A stretch of DNA of 60,083 nucleotides from an uncultured Candidatus Saccharibacteria bacterium (GTDB lineage: Bacteria; Patescibacteriota; Dojkabacteria; B142; JAFGMG01): positions 1-60,083 of the forward strand of contig CAYMJM010000004.1 in NCBI GenBank assembly GCA_964391325.1, given 5' to 3'. The translations under genes were made by a program, and so were the position numbers. Below, in pieces: positions 9,737-18,336 of this stretch (positions are counted from its first letter, which is position 1; each line of letters begins with the position of its first letter). Under the pieces are notes generated by a model. The model was not told where the DNA came from. It did not search any database and was given only the letters and a program-made list of their open reading frames with translations.

Positions 9737-10491
9737 GCTCTACTGCGTCTTTTCTTTTTTGCAGCAACCAGTTTGTTACCTTCCTTTAACCTGTCCTTTA
9801 GACTTTTTGAAGCCTTACGTATTTTTTTATTAACTTGAGTTTTACCCTTTGTGATCCCTTCCTTTTTGGAAGAAGACGTTTTATTCTGCTTCGTTCTGGC
9901 CTTTGCGTTGGCATAACTGCGTACAGACGTTTCTTTAATAGCCTCAATCTGTTTTGCCATAAATCCTTCGATTACAAAAAAAGTTGTCGAAATTTGCTGT
10001 TTCATTCTTCCTGTTAATCTGTGATGCTTTGTCTGTTCAACCTTGGATTTCGCAATACCGACAGGTGGAACAAGTTTCATCTCTTTATTTACAGAGTCCC
10101 AGCTTACATCAATTTTCATATCACTATCCTGCTGAGAAGTTATTTTGGAAGGATGAATTTTTAATTCCAGAGACATTTCTACGCCCTTTTTCCCTACAAA
10201 ATTTACCATAGGAACATTTACCCCGCCAACATCCCAGTCCTCGTAAGACTCCATCTTATCCTCCGGTCGGATAATAAAATAGAATATAACCATAGGGAAA
10301 CTGAGGAAGAAAGTCAAAACGAAAAACACAAACGCTAATTTTTTGCTACCATATCTTTTCCATGAGTCTACCCCCACCCATAGCGAAATCACTAGCCACA
10401 ATACAATGAGGTAAGAACAAAACATTGTCAAAAATGTCGAATAATCTATATCTTCATTAAAATCTATCAGTTCGACAAATAATTCTGACAT
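9724..10491 (-). CDS. Membrane protein with PLDc_N-like N-terminal TM domain and Lys-rich C-terminal tail
   Basis: LWVGVDSWKR..FPMVIFYFIIRPE resembles the phospholipase-D-nuclease N-terminal motif; basic low-complexity C-terminus. Start set at ATG 10491 because the longer ORF overlaps the tRNA. Confidence 0.6.
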   Translation of the reverse strand: MSELFVELIDFNEDIDYSTFLTMFCSYLIVLWLVISLWVGVDSWKRYGSKKLAFVFFVLTFFLSFPMVIFYFIIRPEDKMESYEDWDVGGVNVPMVNFVGKKGVEMSLELKIHPSKITSQQDSDMKIDVSWDSVNKEMKLVPPVGIAKSKVEQTKHHRLTGRMKQQISTTFFVIEGFMAKQIEAIKETSVRSYANAKARTKQNKTSSSKKEGITKGKTQVNKKIRKASKSLKDRLKEGNKLVAAKKKRRSRAQGS

Positions 10492-10532
10492 ATAACCGTA
10501 ATTAATAAGAATAAAATTTGCTAGCAGTAAAG

Positions 10533-10618
10533 TGCCGATGGTGGGAGTTGAACCCACACGCGGTTTAACCCGCACCGGATTTTGAGTCCGGCATGTCTAC
10601 CAGTTCCATCACATCGGC
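10533..10618 (-). tRNA. tRNA-Leu(CAA), long variable arm, no encoded CCA
   Basis: GCCGATG acceptor stem pairing with CATCGGC-A; anticodon arm CCGGA-CTCAAAA-TCCGG; variable arm GCGG-GTTAAA-CCGC; T arm GTGGG-TTCAACT-CCCAC. Confidence 0.97.
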
Positions 10619-10629
10619 AGTTATTGTGT

Positions 10630-11115
10630 TTATCCTCTGTTCCCGGATTTTAATTCATCTTGCACTGCACCTTGTTGCTGAGCTCTGCGCTGCATCAACA
10701 TGTTGAACTGCGCTAAAGCCGCTTCTACTGCACTTCGAATTGCTCTCCCTTTTTCTCGCTCCAGCCTTGTTCGTATATTTTCCTTTTCTCTTGCTGCATT
10801 CGCCTTGACAGTGGCAATCGCAAGTTTAACTTGTGCTTTTATCTGCTTTTTCTGTTCTTTTAGTAATCCTATGTTTCTGGCTAAATCTTTCCTTCTAGGA
10901 TCATTTGGATCCATGCTAGACAAAACCGCCTCCAGTTCAGTGATTTTACTATCTACCCCTGCTAACTGAGCCTTTTCATTACCATGGATCTCTCTAATTT
11001 GCTCTTCCACCTTCTTCGCTATGCTTCCCATAATTTCAGCTTTTTTGTTATCAAACTGGGCTCCAACAGCCTCTGTTTGTTTTCTTATTAATCCAGAAGG
11101 ATTGGGCATTACCAT
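10630..11115 (-). CDS. Hypothetical all-alpha coiled-coil protein
   Basis: 161-aa ORF, A/K/E/Q/R-rich heptad pattern, no recognisable motif; ends 11 bp before tRNA-Leu. Confidence 0.75.
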   Translation of the reverse strand: MVMPNPSGLIRKQTEAVGAQFDNKKAEIMGSIAKKVEEQIREIHGNEKAQLAGVDSKITELEAVLSSMDPNDPRRKDLARNIGLLKEQKKQIKAQVKLAIATVKANAAREKENIRTRLEREKGRAIRSAVEAALAQFNMLMQRRAQQQGAVQDELKSGNRG

Positions 11116-11135
11116 GTGACGAGTCCTCGACTAAA

Positions 11136-11462
11136 CTATTCTTCTGTCTCGCTTAGATAATTATCTCGAAACTTCATCAAAGTGTCTAAAATTCTTTGTT
11201 CGAGGTTATCTATAGAATCAGTTAAGAAAGCCAAGATCGTCTCCTGATCTACTTCCTGCGAAACCAAAGTATCAAATTGGACCTTTTGCTCAACAGTTAA
11301 TAAAGGTTCAAACGAGTCTACTAGTAGATCTCCAAATTCTATATATAGCCTCTCTGCTTCTGTATTCAACAATTCTACACTCGCATCATCTCCATGTTTC
11401 TCTTGCACAATTTGCATCATAAAACTATAAACATTCGCATCTTTAGGTTCATTTGGATCCAT
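11136..11462 (-). CDS. Small acidic helical protein, DUF5663-like (CPR family)
   Basis: LTVEQKVQFDTLV..DQETILAFL..IDNLEQRILDTLMKF pattern resembles DUF5663; probable start ATG 11462. Confidence 0.55.
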   Translation of the reverse strand: MDPNEPKDANVYSFMMQIVQEKHGDDASVELLNTEAERLYIEFGDLLVDSFEPLLTVEQKVQFDTLVSQEVDQETILAFLTDSIDNLEQRILDTLMKFRDNYLSETEE

Positions 11463-11542
11463 TACGTAAGACTTCAAATATACTATGATTTTACAATGAA
11501 CCAAATTAATTCACAACCTATTTGTTATACAAATTCAATTTA

Positions 11543-11571
11543 TTGACGGCATAGATAAGTTTGGCTATTCT
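11543..11571 (+). promoter_or_regulatory. sigma70-type promoter TTGACG-N17-TATTCT; predicted +1 coincides with the ATG at 11578 (leaderless)
   Basis: Hexamers at 11543-11548 and 11566-11571, 17-bp spacer; ATG begins 7 nt after the -10 box. Confidence 0.5.
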
Positions 11572-11577
11572 TAAAAT

Positions 11578-12162
11578 ATGAAATATTTGCCCAAAAACAA
11601 AGTGTTTCTTATTATTTCCATATTGATGCTTTCTAATACGCCTCTTTCTCATTCTCAAAACATAGATATATCAGCAGAAGTTCCTATCAGACAAATACAG
11701 TTCAAAGTCTTCCCTGAGAAAAGATTACCTTCTATCAATAACTGGTCGACAATTGTCGATGTAGAATTAAGAAGTTGCTCAACAAATCAAACAGTACATA
11801 GGTTTCAACAGATTACCACTAATAATGCTGGAATTGGAACTATTAATGTTTCTAATTTAAGCGTACGTGGTGACAACTATACCGCTGTTATTAGAGGAGC
11901 CTCTCACTTAAATAAAAAATTCAGCTGTTATCATTTTAATAATCAAAATGTGTTTATGGATCTCACGACTGGCAACTCTACTCTTCTTGCCGGCGAAATA
12001 AGTAATAAATACGATAACTATATTAACGCCCTTGATATTTCAGTTTTGATAAAGAATTTCTACTCTTCCGATTACTACAGTGATCTGAATCAGGACGGAA
12101 AAGTTAATTCTCTGGATAGCTCTATTCAACTGATTAACTTATACAAAAATGGCGATAACTAA
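11578..12162 (+). CDS. Secreted protein with C-terminal dockerin-type domain
   Basis: Signal peptide; paired Ca-binding loops AGEISNKYDNYINALDISVL and SDLNQDGKVNSLDSSI. Confidence 0.8.
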   Translation: MKYLPKNKVFLIISILMLSNTPLSHSQNIDISAEVPIRQIQFKVFPEKRLPSINNWSTIVDVELRSCSTNQTVHRFQQITTNNAGIGTINVSNLSVRGDNYTAVIRGASHLNKKFSCYHFNNQNVFMDLTTGNSTLLAGEISNKYDNYINALDISVLIKNFYSSDYYSDLNQDGKVNSLDSSIQLINLYKNGDN

Positions 12163-14176
12163 TCATATCTTCCGTAAAATTATCATTATTACTCTTATAG
12201 TCATATATTTTATACTTGCAAAACAGTCTCAAGCAGCAACTTTTAGTATCATACCCAATTCAACTACCTTATCCAACGCATGTGAATCCGAAGTGCAAAT
12301 AGCCATTGATACCCAGGGCAAAGATTCAAATGCAGCAGATTTGGAAATACGCTTTGATCCCTCTAAATTGACAATACTAGACTCAAATCCTGACCTTCCT
12401 GGCATCCAGATAAAAAATCATACCGCCTACGAAGCCTACTTTGGGAACCAAGTAAATACTTCGGAAGGAGTTATTAGATTAGCTGCAGCTTCTTTTACTT
12501 CAGTACTGAATGGTAATACAACTTTCGCAAGTATCAGATTCAAGCCAAAGCAAGGTATCACCAACGCCACTTTCGAAATCTATTATCAACCAGGAAGTTC
12601 TACAGACAGCAATATTGCGGAAAGTCCTTCAAGCAACGATATACTCACTGGGGTTACTAATTCTCAAATCACCTTTACAAATACCCGCTGTAGCGGCAAT
12701 CAATCTCCTACTGAAATTCGATTTATTAATCCTTACAGTTCTAGTCAAAAATTAGGAGAAAATGAAACAATTACTGTACAAATAAACGATGAACTCGACG
12801 GGGTAGACCTTAATACAATCAAAATTAAACTAAATAATGAATACTACTACCCCAGTGACTCAGATGTGAAATACAGCGGGACGCAAGCTTCGTATACTAT
12901 CACTTTTACTCCGCGTGCTCCCTTCCCAGACATGAAATACACCATCTTGTATATAGAAGCACAGGATATGAGAGGAAATAAAGTAAGCTCAAGTCTAATA
13001 TTTAATATTCCAACTGAGAGCGACTCTGAAAGCTGCCCACTTTGTCCTCCAGGGGATACAACTGACACAGAAATAAAAAGTGATGAGTGCACATTAAGCA
13101 GACAAATTTCCAATACACTAAGTAACATTCCTATAGTAAAATCCATTTCAAACAGCCCTATCATAAGAACAATCAACAACAATATTCCAACATCGATTAA
13201 AACCGTAAGCCAAGAGCTCACATTAGCAGGACTTTTAGCAAGTCTTATATCAACAGGTTTGATCGCTAATATACTCTCGCTTTTATTACTACTTAGATCT
13301 CCTCAGGTTATACTATCCATTCTGGGATTACTTAGGAAAAACAAACCCTGGGGAATCGTATATGATGGAGATACGCATCGTGCCATCCCATTTGCAGTCT
13401 TGAGGCTATACCTTAAAAACAGTAAAGCTATGGTATCTCAGACTGTTACCGATGCAGAAGGCAAGTATGGCTTCATTGCAGATCCTGGGAAATACAGATT
13501 AGAAGTAGGACATCCCGACTACCGTAAAACTGAGATTATGTTAACAGTCGAACAAGATAGCAGCATCATACAAGATATCAGCTTATCAACAGATGAGAAA
13601 TTAAAAACGGTAGATAAATACAAGGTATGGATGCATGGCATAAATAACTTTTTCTCGAAGATTTCTCCAACAATAACATTTATCGGACTTATCTTATCAA
13701 GTATAGCGGTAGTTCTAAGACCGAATGCTGTTAATTTAACTTTCTTCTGCCTTTACCTGACACTAACTGCTCTCTACGCTATCAAAAAACTAAAGGCTCC
13801 AAAATTTTGGGGTACTGTTTATGACGCAAAATCCAATCTTCTTGTTCCAAACGTATTAGTCAAAATATTCCATAAACACGACTGGCAGATGGCAAACACT
13901 CATATAACTGATAACAGAGGAAGATTTCCTATACAAGAATCCCCTGGGGAATATGCAGTGTTACTAAGTGCCAGGGACTATAATTATCCATCAACCCGAC
14001 AAAAAGACCTTAAGAAAATTGAGGAGAAATTAGGTGGGTTATTAGGATTTTCAATAAAAGAGGGGAAAAGTCCTGAGCTTGAATTATACTTGGATCCTAA
14101 AATCCGAACTACAGGATTCGTCGAAAAACACGAAAACAGCAAAAAGTTACCAGAAAATTTTCCTTCCCCTTTTTAA
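12149..14176 (+). CDS. Membrane-anchored cohesin-domain protein with Ig-like and two carboxypeptidase-regulatory-like domains
   Basis: Signal peptide; cohesin-like VQIAIDT..NAADLEIRFDPSKL..GVIRL..FASIRFK..DSNI..DIL; TM segments; PWGIVYD..VTDAEGKYGF..PGKYRL and FWGTVYD..ITDNRGRF..PGEY repeats; 14-bp overlap with the dockerin gene. Confidence 0.8.
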   Translation: MAITNHIFRKIIIITLIVIYFILAKQSQAATFSIIPNSTTLSNACESEVQIAIDTQGKDSNAADLEIRFDPSKLTILDSNPDLPGIQIKNHTAYEAYFGNQVNTSEGVIRLAAASFTSVLNGNTTFASIRFKPKQGITNATFEIYYQPGSSTDSNIAESPSSNDILTGVTNSQITFTNTRCSGNQSPTEIRFINPYSSSQKLGENETITVQINDELDGVDLNTIKIKLNNEYYYPSDSDVKYSGTQASYTITFTPRAPFPDMKYTILYIEAQDMRGNKVSSSLIFNIPTESDSESCPLCPPGDTTDTEIKSDECTLSRQISNTLSNIPIVKSISNSPIIRTINNNIPTSIKTVSQELTLAGLLASLISTGLIANILSLLLLLRSPQVILSILGLLRKNKPWGIVYDGDTHRAIPFAVLRLYLKNSKAMVSQTVTDAEGKYGFIADPGKYRLEVGHPDYRKTEIMLTVEQDSSIIQDISLSTDEKLKTVDKYKVWMHGINNFFSKISPTITFIGLILSSIAVVLRPNAVNLTFFCLYLTLTALYAIKKLKAPKFWGTVYDAKSNLLVPNVLVKIFHKHDWQMANTHITDNRGRFPIQESPGEYAVLLSARDYNYPSTRQKDLKKIEEKLGGLLGFSIKEGKSPELELYLDPKIRTTGFVEKHENSKKLPENFPSPF

Positions 14177-15504
14177 TCTCCTTGACGATGGCGCTCTACA
14201 TCTCTGTACCTTGCCTGTTCCTTCACGAAATACAACTCAACTTTCCCAATCGGTCCATTCCTATGCTTGGCAATAACAATGTCAGCAATACCTGGCCTAT
14301 CAGTTTCCGGATTGTATAACTCCTCCCTATGGATGAATACTACCACATCAGCATCCTGCTCAATAGATCCGGATTCACGAAGATCAGATAACTGAGGGAT
14401 CTTATCATTACGCTGCTCTACAGCTCTACTTAACTGTGATAAAGCTATGACAGGTACATCGAGCTCCCTAGCTAAGAGTTTCAGGAATCGTGAAATTTCT
14501 GAGACTTCCTGGACACGACTTTCCTTATTTTTCCCTTCCATGAGCTGCAAATAGTCAACAATCACTACATCTAAACCTTTTTCCATTTTTAATTTCCGGG
14601 CTTTAGTCCTCATTTCCAGGATCGATAGTCCAGGTGTATCATCAATATAAATGCCAGATTCAGCTAAGATACCCATTGCATCAGCCAAACGAGAAAACGC
14701 CTCGTCGTTTAATTTTCCCATTCTCAAATCCCAAAGCCCGACTCCTACTTGCATAGACAATAATCTATCCATAAGCTGCAAGTTTGACATTTCTAGAGAA
14801 AAAATTCCTACTTTTTTGCTATCTTCTACTCCCATATGTCGTGCAAAATCGAGTGCAAGAGCGGTTTTCCCTACAGATGGCCTAGCTGCCAATATGATTA
14901 AATCGGAAGATTGAAATCCTCCTAAGATATTATCCAAAGATTTATAACCGGAAGAAATCCCCCTGAGACTATTTGGATCAGAGTTAAGTTCTTCTGCTTT
15001 CTCGTAAGTCGACTCAAGCAGTGAAGAAACATGGACAAAATCGCGTTTAATATTTGCCTCTGTAATATCATAAAACTTTGACTCCGCTTTATCTAATAGA
15101 ATTTCTACATCCTCCTCCTCTCTATATGCCATTTCGTTTAACAAGCCAGAAAAACCAATTAACTTACGTCTCACTGCCGCTTGTCTAATGAGATTAGAAT
15201 ACTCTCGAACATGTGCTGTTGTTGGAACTGAGGCAACTAACTCCGATAAGTAAGCGGCACCTCCTGCTTTTGTAAGAAGTTTCTTTTTCTTCAAACTAGA
15301 AGAGACTGTTAAAACATCTACTGCCTGTTGCCTGTCAAACAGTTGGAGCATAGTTTCAAAAATTATTGAATGCGCAGGCACATAAAAATCGTCAGGGTGT
15401 AGTAGCTCTAAAGCTACGATGAGAGCTTCTTCATCCACTAAAATGGAACCGATAACACTCTTCTCAGCTTCTATATTTTGAGGTGGTAATTTTAAATCAG
15501 CCAT
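14173..15504 (-). CDS. dnaB: Replicative DNA helicase
   Basis: PPQNIEAEKSVIGS, Walker A AARPSVGKT, FSLEM, IVDYLQLM, SQLSRAVE, LRESGSIEQDAD, IAKHRNGP; no intein. Confidence 0.99.
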   Translation of the reverse strand: MADLKLPPQNIEAEKSVIGSILVDEEALIVALELLHPDDFYVPAHSIIFETMLQLFDRQQAVDVLTVSSSLKKKKLLTKAGGAAYLSELVASVPTTAHVREYSNLIRQAAVRRKLIGFSGLLNEMAYREEEDVEILLDKAESKFYDITEANIKRDFVHVSSLLESTYEKAEELNSDPNSLRGISSGYKSLDNILGGFQSSDLIILAARPSVGKTALALDFARHMGVEDSKKVGIFSLEMSNLQLMDRLLSMQVGVGLWDLRMGKLNDEAFSRLADAMGILAESGIYIDDTPGLSILEMRTKARKLKMEKGLDVVIVDYLQLMEGKNKESRVQEVSEISRFLKLLARELDVPVIALSQLSRAVEQRNDKIPQLSDLRESGSIEQDADVVVFIHREELYNPETDRPGIADIVIAKHRNGPIGKVELYFVKEQARYRDVERHRQGD

Positions 15505-15516
15505 AAATATAAGACC

Positions 15517-17145
15517 TTATAAATTGGTAAATTCCATTACTCTATCCCATAAAAACTTATACACTTTATGGCTCTCTTTGATAGGTGTTGGCTGGTACCA
15601 CACACACCCTTTTGATTCATCTATTTTATCTACCTCTTCATACGTCATCGTACCCTCCTGAATGCCCCAGGCCAAATTACGTGATTTATTATAGGACTCT
15701 CCTCCAACCTGGTTGTAACCACACATAATATGTGGAATCATTTCAATACTTTTTAACTCACCTTGATAATAGTACGCCATCATTGTCATCCCCTGGCGGG
15801 TTTCTCCGTTGTGTCTTGACCAATGAACATTAAGCCCCTCGTCTGTCTGGTCAAAGATAAAGTTACCCAGACTATAAACTATTGGTTTACCTTTGTAAAC
15901 CTCTATTTCCTGAACCCAATGAGGATGCGACCCAACTATCATATCAGCACCAGCATCTACTATAGCATGAGCTAAAGCCTGTTGATGGGCATTAGAGTGG
16001 TTTGTATACTCACTCCCCCAGCTCATCATTACAATGACGATATCTGCTAATTCTCCAGCTTTTGCTATGTCTGAGCTTATCTTATCCTTATCAATCATTC
16101 CTACACCCCCCGTAGAAGCTTTTTTAGAATAGTAATTAGTACCATAACTGCCCTCAAACCAGTAATAAGCAGCAACATCTTCTGCGCTCAAAAGAGCTAC
16201 TTTATAATTTCCCATTTGCATAACATAAGGCCGAGAAGCTGCATCAAGTGTAGAATTGCTTGCACCTGCCAAACCAATATCCAAGTCTTCTAATAATTTC
16301 AGTGTGCTTTCAATACCAGACTGTCCTCCATCACCAAAATGATTCCCGACTCCAAAAGCATCAAATCCAACTTCTCGAAACCCTTGCGCATTTCTGGCAT
16401 CTCCTGTAAACATCATACATCCCCTACATGGCTCTGGATCACCACGTAAAGGGTTTTCAAGCATTGCAATAGCCAAATCACTATTCTCAATTCTGTCTCT
16501 TAGCCGGTCAAATAATAGTGTGTAATTATTAGAAAGATTTAACCAGGTTCTATCAACCGCTCTTGCAGGAATAATCTCTCCTCCGATAAAAATGCTATTT
16601 ATTTCTTCAGGGTCATAATTATAGTAGTAACCTTCAAATAAATAATAAGCTGCTAAAACATTCTCTTTTTCGCTGGATTGAACTTGAAATTTTTCTTCAA
16701 GACATAGGGGATATTGTTCCAAATTATCCTGTAACCAGAAATCCACATCGTCTACTTTTAGTGTCTTTAACCTATAGTCTGTTAATCCCAAAGGAACTAC
16801 GAAAAATGCCTGTTTATTGAGTCCTTGATAGTAAAGGTATACATCATTTAACTCCCCAACACCTTCTACATAGTGAAACCCTAAATTATTGAGTTGCTTC
16901 ACTTCCTGAGAACTTGTATAAACTTGTGTGTCTTTTAGTTCCTCAGAAGTGATACTCGTTCTATACGATTTAAACTCTGTCTGTACCAAGTAACAATTTT
17001 TAATATTAATTTCCTCCCATTTGGCCGTCTTGTCGCTATTACCATTCCCTACTCCAGTTCTACTAACGTTTAAGTAGTAAAAACCTAAAAAAACACCCAA
17101 AAAAGAAAATAATATTAAAATTGTAATTATTTTTTTACTTACCAT
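15517..17145 (-). CDS. CapA family (poly-gamma-glutamate synthesis / metallophosphoesterase-like) membrane-anchored protein
   Basis: N-terminal TM; LENP, GNHFGDGG, SWGSEY, GADMIVGSHPHWVQ, IVYSLGNFIFDQ. Confidence 0.9.
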   Translation of the reverse strand: MVSKKIITILILFSFLGVFLGFYYLNVSRTGVGNGNSDKTAKWEEINIKNCYLVQTEFKSYRTSITSEELKDTQVYTSSQEVKQLNNLGFHYVEGVGELNDVYLYYQGLNKQAFFVVPLGLTDYRLKTLKVDDVDFWLQDNLEQYPLCLEEKFQVQSSEKENVLAAYYLFEGYYYNYDPEEINSIFIGGEIIPARAVDRTWLNLSNNYTLLFDRLRDRIENSDLAIAMLENPLRGDPEPCRGCMMFTGDARNAQGFREVGFDAFGVGNHFGDGGQSGIESTLKLLEDLDIGLAGASNSTLDAASRPYVMQMGNYKVALLSAEDVAAYYWFEGSYGTNYYSKKASTGGVGMIDKDKISSDIAKAGELADIVIVMMSWGSEYTNHSNAHQQALAHAIVDAGADMIVGSHPHWVQEIEVYKGKPIVYSLGNFIFDQTDEGLNVHWSRHNGETRQGMTMMAYYYQGELKSIEMIPHIMCGYNQVGGESYNKSRNLAWGIQEGTMTYEEVDKIDESKGCVWYQPTPIKESHKVYKFLWDRVMEFTNL

Positions 17146-17671
17146 CTATTATTTGAACTAAGTGAAGATTATATTCTTCGTTATCAAAGTCGGTAGTAGA
17201 GACTTTATACTTTTTAGGCTCCTCTACATAATGTTCTCCAAAAGTTTTAACTAATTCCTCTTTCTTACCTGCCAGATTACCTCCAATTAGTAAAACCTGA
17301 GGATCTATCCTATTAACAAATTTAGCTGTATCAGAGCTGACTGCCACTCCATCATTAAAAATCAGAATATCAATTTCACCTATAGCATCTAAATCAGCCT
17401 CGTTCAAGTCAATTTCAGCATCAACTAAAAGCAAATTAATATCATCTACATTGATAATATAAACGCTGCCCTTCTCTTTTTTCATAACTATTACGAAGAC
17501 ATCTTTAATTTCGTATTCTCCGGGTTCAGTTAGACTGTAAGTATTTTTTAAATCTGCATTAATTACTAAATCCAGTTCATCGGTTACCTTTGGTTTATTT
17601 GAGTATACTAATCCAACCTTGGTCTCCTTTGTTTTCAGCAAAAAATAACCAGCTCTCTCTTTTATTTCCAT
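17135..17671 (-). CDS. Degenerate MBL-fold protein (CPR 'PGEYEIK' family)
   Basis: EPGEYEIKDV, IGEIDILI, RIDPQVLL as in CPR MBL-fold hydrolases; no HxHxDH motif; probable start ATG 17671 (MEIKE). Confidence 0.6.
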   Translation of the reverse strand: MEIKERAGYFLLKTKETKVGLVYSNKPKVTDELDLVINADLKNTYSLTEPGEYEIKDVFVIVMKKEKGSVYIINVDDINLLLVDAEIDLNEADLDAIGEIDILIFNDGVAVSSDTAKFVNRIDPQVLLIGGNLAGKKEELVKTFGEHYVEEPKKYKVSTTDFDNEEYNLHLVQIIDGK

Positions 17672-17708
17672 GATAACCTTCTTAATTAAAATATAAATAA
17701 TATAAATT

Positions 17709-17717
17709 ATCATAGCA
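17709..17717 (-). promoter_or_regulatory. Extended -10 promoter (TGCTATGAT) upstream of MBL-capA-dnaB
   Basis: TGn-TATGAT about 40 nt upstream of ATG 17671. Confidence 0.45.
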
Positions 17718-17877
17718 CCCCCAAAAGAAAAATCCAACTACCCACATTTCTATTTCTTTTGTAACAATTTGTATGATTCATAACTTTAAAGCAATGAATT
17801 TATTTGAAAACATAACATTATTGCTCTACCCTGAATAATAAATTAATTTACATTCAACTTTATAAAAAACATATTTA

Positions 17878-17886
17878 TGTTATAAT
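17878..17886 (+). promoter_or_regulatory. Extended -10 promoter (TGTTATAAT) of rpmE2
   Basis: Perfect TGnTATAAT 31 nt before the ATG. Confidence 0.65.
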
Positions 17887-17917
17887 ACTTCCTGTTTTAA
17901 ACTTAATTACTAAAGAC

Positions 17918-18274
17918 ATGAAAAAAGATATTCACCCGAAATACGGAGCTGTCGTGTTCAAGGATATATCCAGTGGACTTACAATTCTGACAAAATCTTC
18001 AGCCTCAACCGATGAAACAATAGAATGGGAAGATGGAAAGACTTATCCGTTAATCAGGGTAGAAATCTCGAGCAAATCCCACCCTTTCTATACTGGGAAA
18101 CAAAGAATAGTAGACACGGAAAATCGAGTAAAATCTTTTGAGGCTAAAATGAACAAAAAGGACACAACTTCAATTAAATCTAAAAAAGAAAAAATATCCC
18201 GAAGACGAACCAAAGTCCAGGCAATAAAAGGAAGCAAGGAACTAACTCTGAAAGATATGTTAAAACAGCTGTAA
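17918..18274 (+). CDS. rpmE2: 50S ribosomal protein bL31, type B (Zn-free), with basic C-terminal extension
   Basis: [51 protein letters not shown]; no Cys. Confidence 0.96.
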   Translation: MKKDIHPKYGAVVFKDISSGLTILTKSSASTDETIEWEDGKTYPLIRVEISSKSHPFYTGKQRIVDTENRVKSFEAKMNKKDTTSIKSKKEKISRRRTKVQAIKGSKELTLKDMLKQL

Positions 18275-18281
18275 TAATATC

Positions 18282-18310
18282 TTGCATTCTGTCTCCACCT
18301 AAATTATACT
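18282..18310 (+). promoter_or_regulatory. sigma70-type promoter TTGCAT-N17-TATACT
   Basis: Hexamers at 18282-18287 and 18305-18310, upstream of the 18337 CDS. Confidence 0.55.
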
Positions 18311-18336
18311 AATGCTTATATCAAAAATACTTATTA

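Noticed and set aside
10492-10575. Extended N-terminus of ORF 9724-10575 (MRVKPRVGSTPTIG...)
   Set aside because: It is read through the tRNA-Leu gene; the next ATG (10491) gives a sensible membrane protein.
10533-14176. tRNA-Leu as integration site of an island carrying the dockerin-cohesin pair
   Set aside because: No integrase, and no duplicated tRNA 3' end (att repeat) found in the window.
14173-15504. Intein in DnaB
   Set aside because: The 443-aa length is normal, motifs are contiguous, and there are no splicing motifs.
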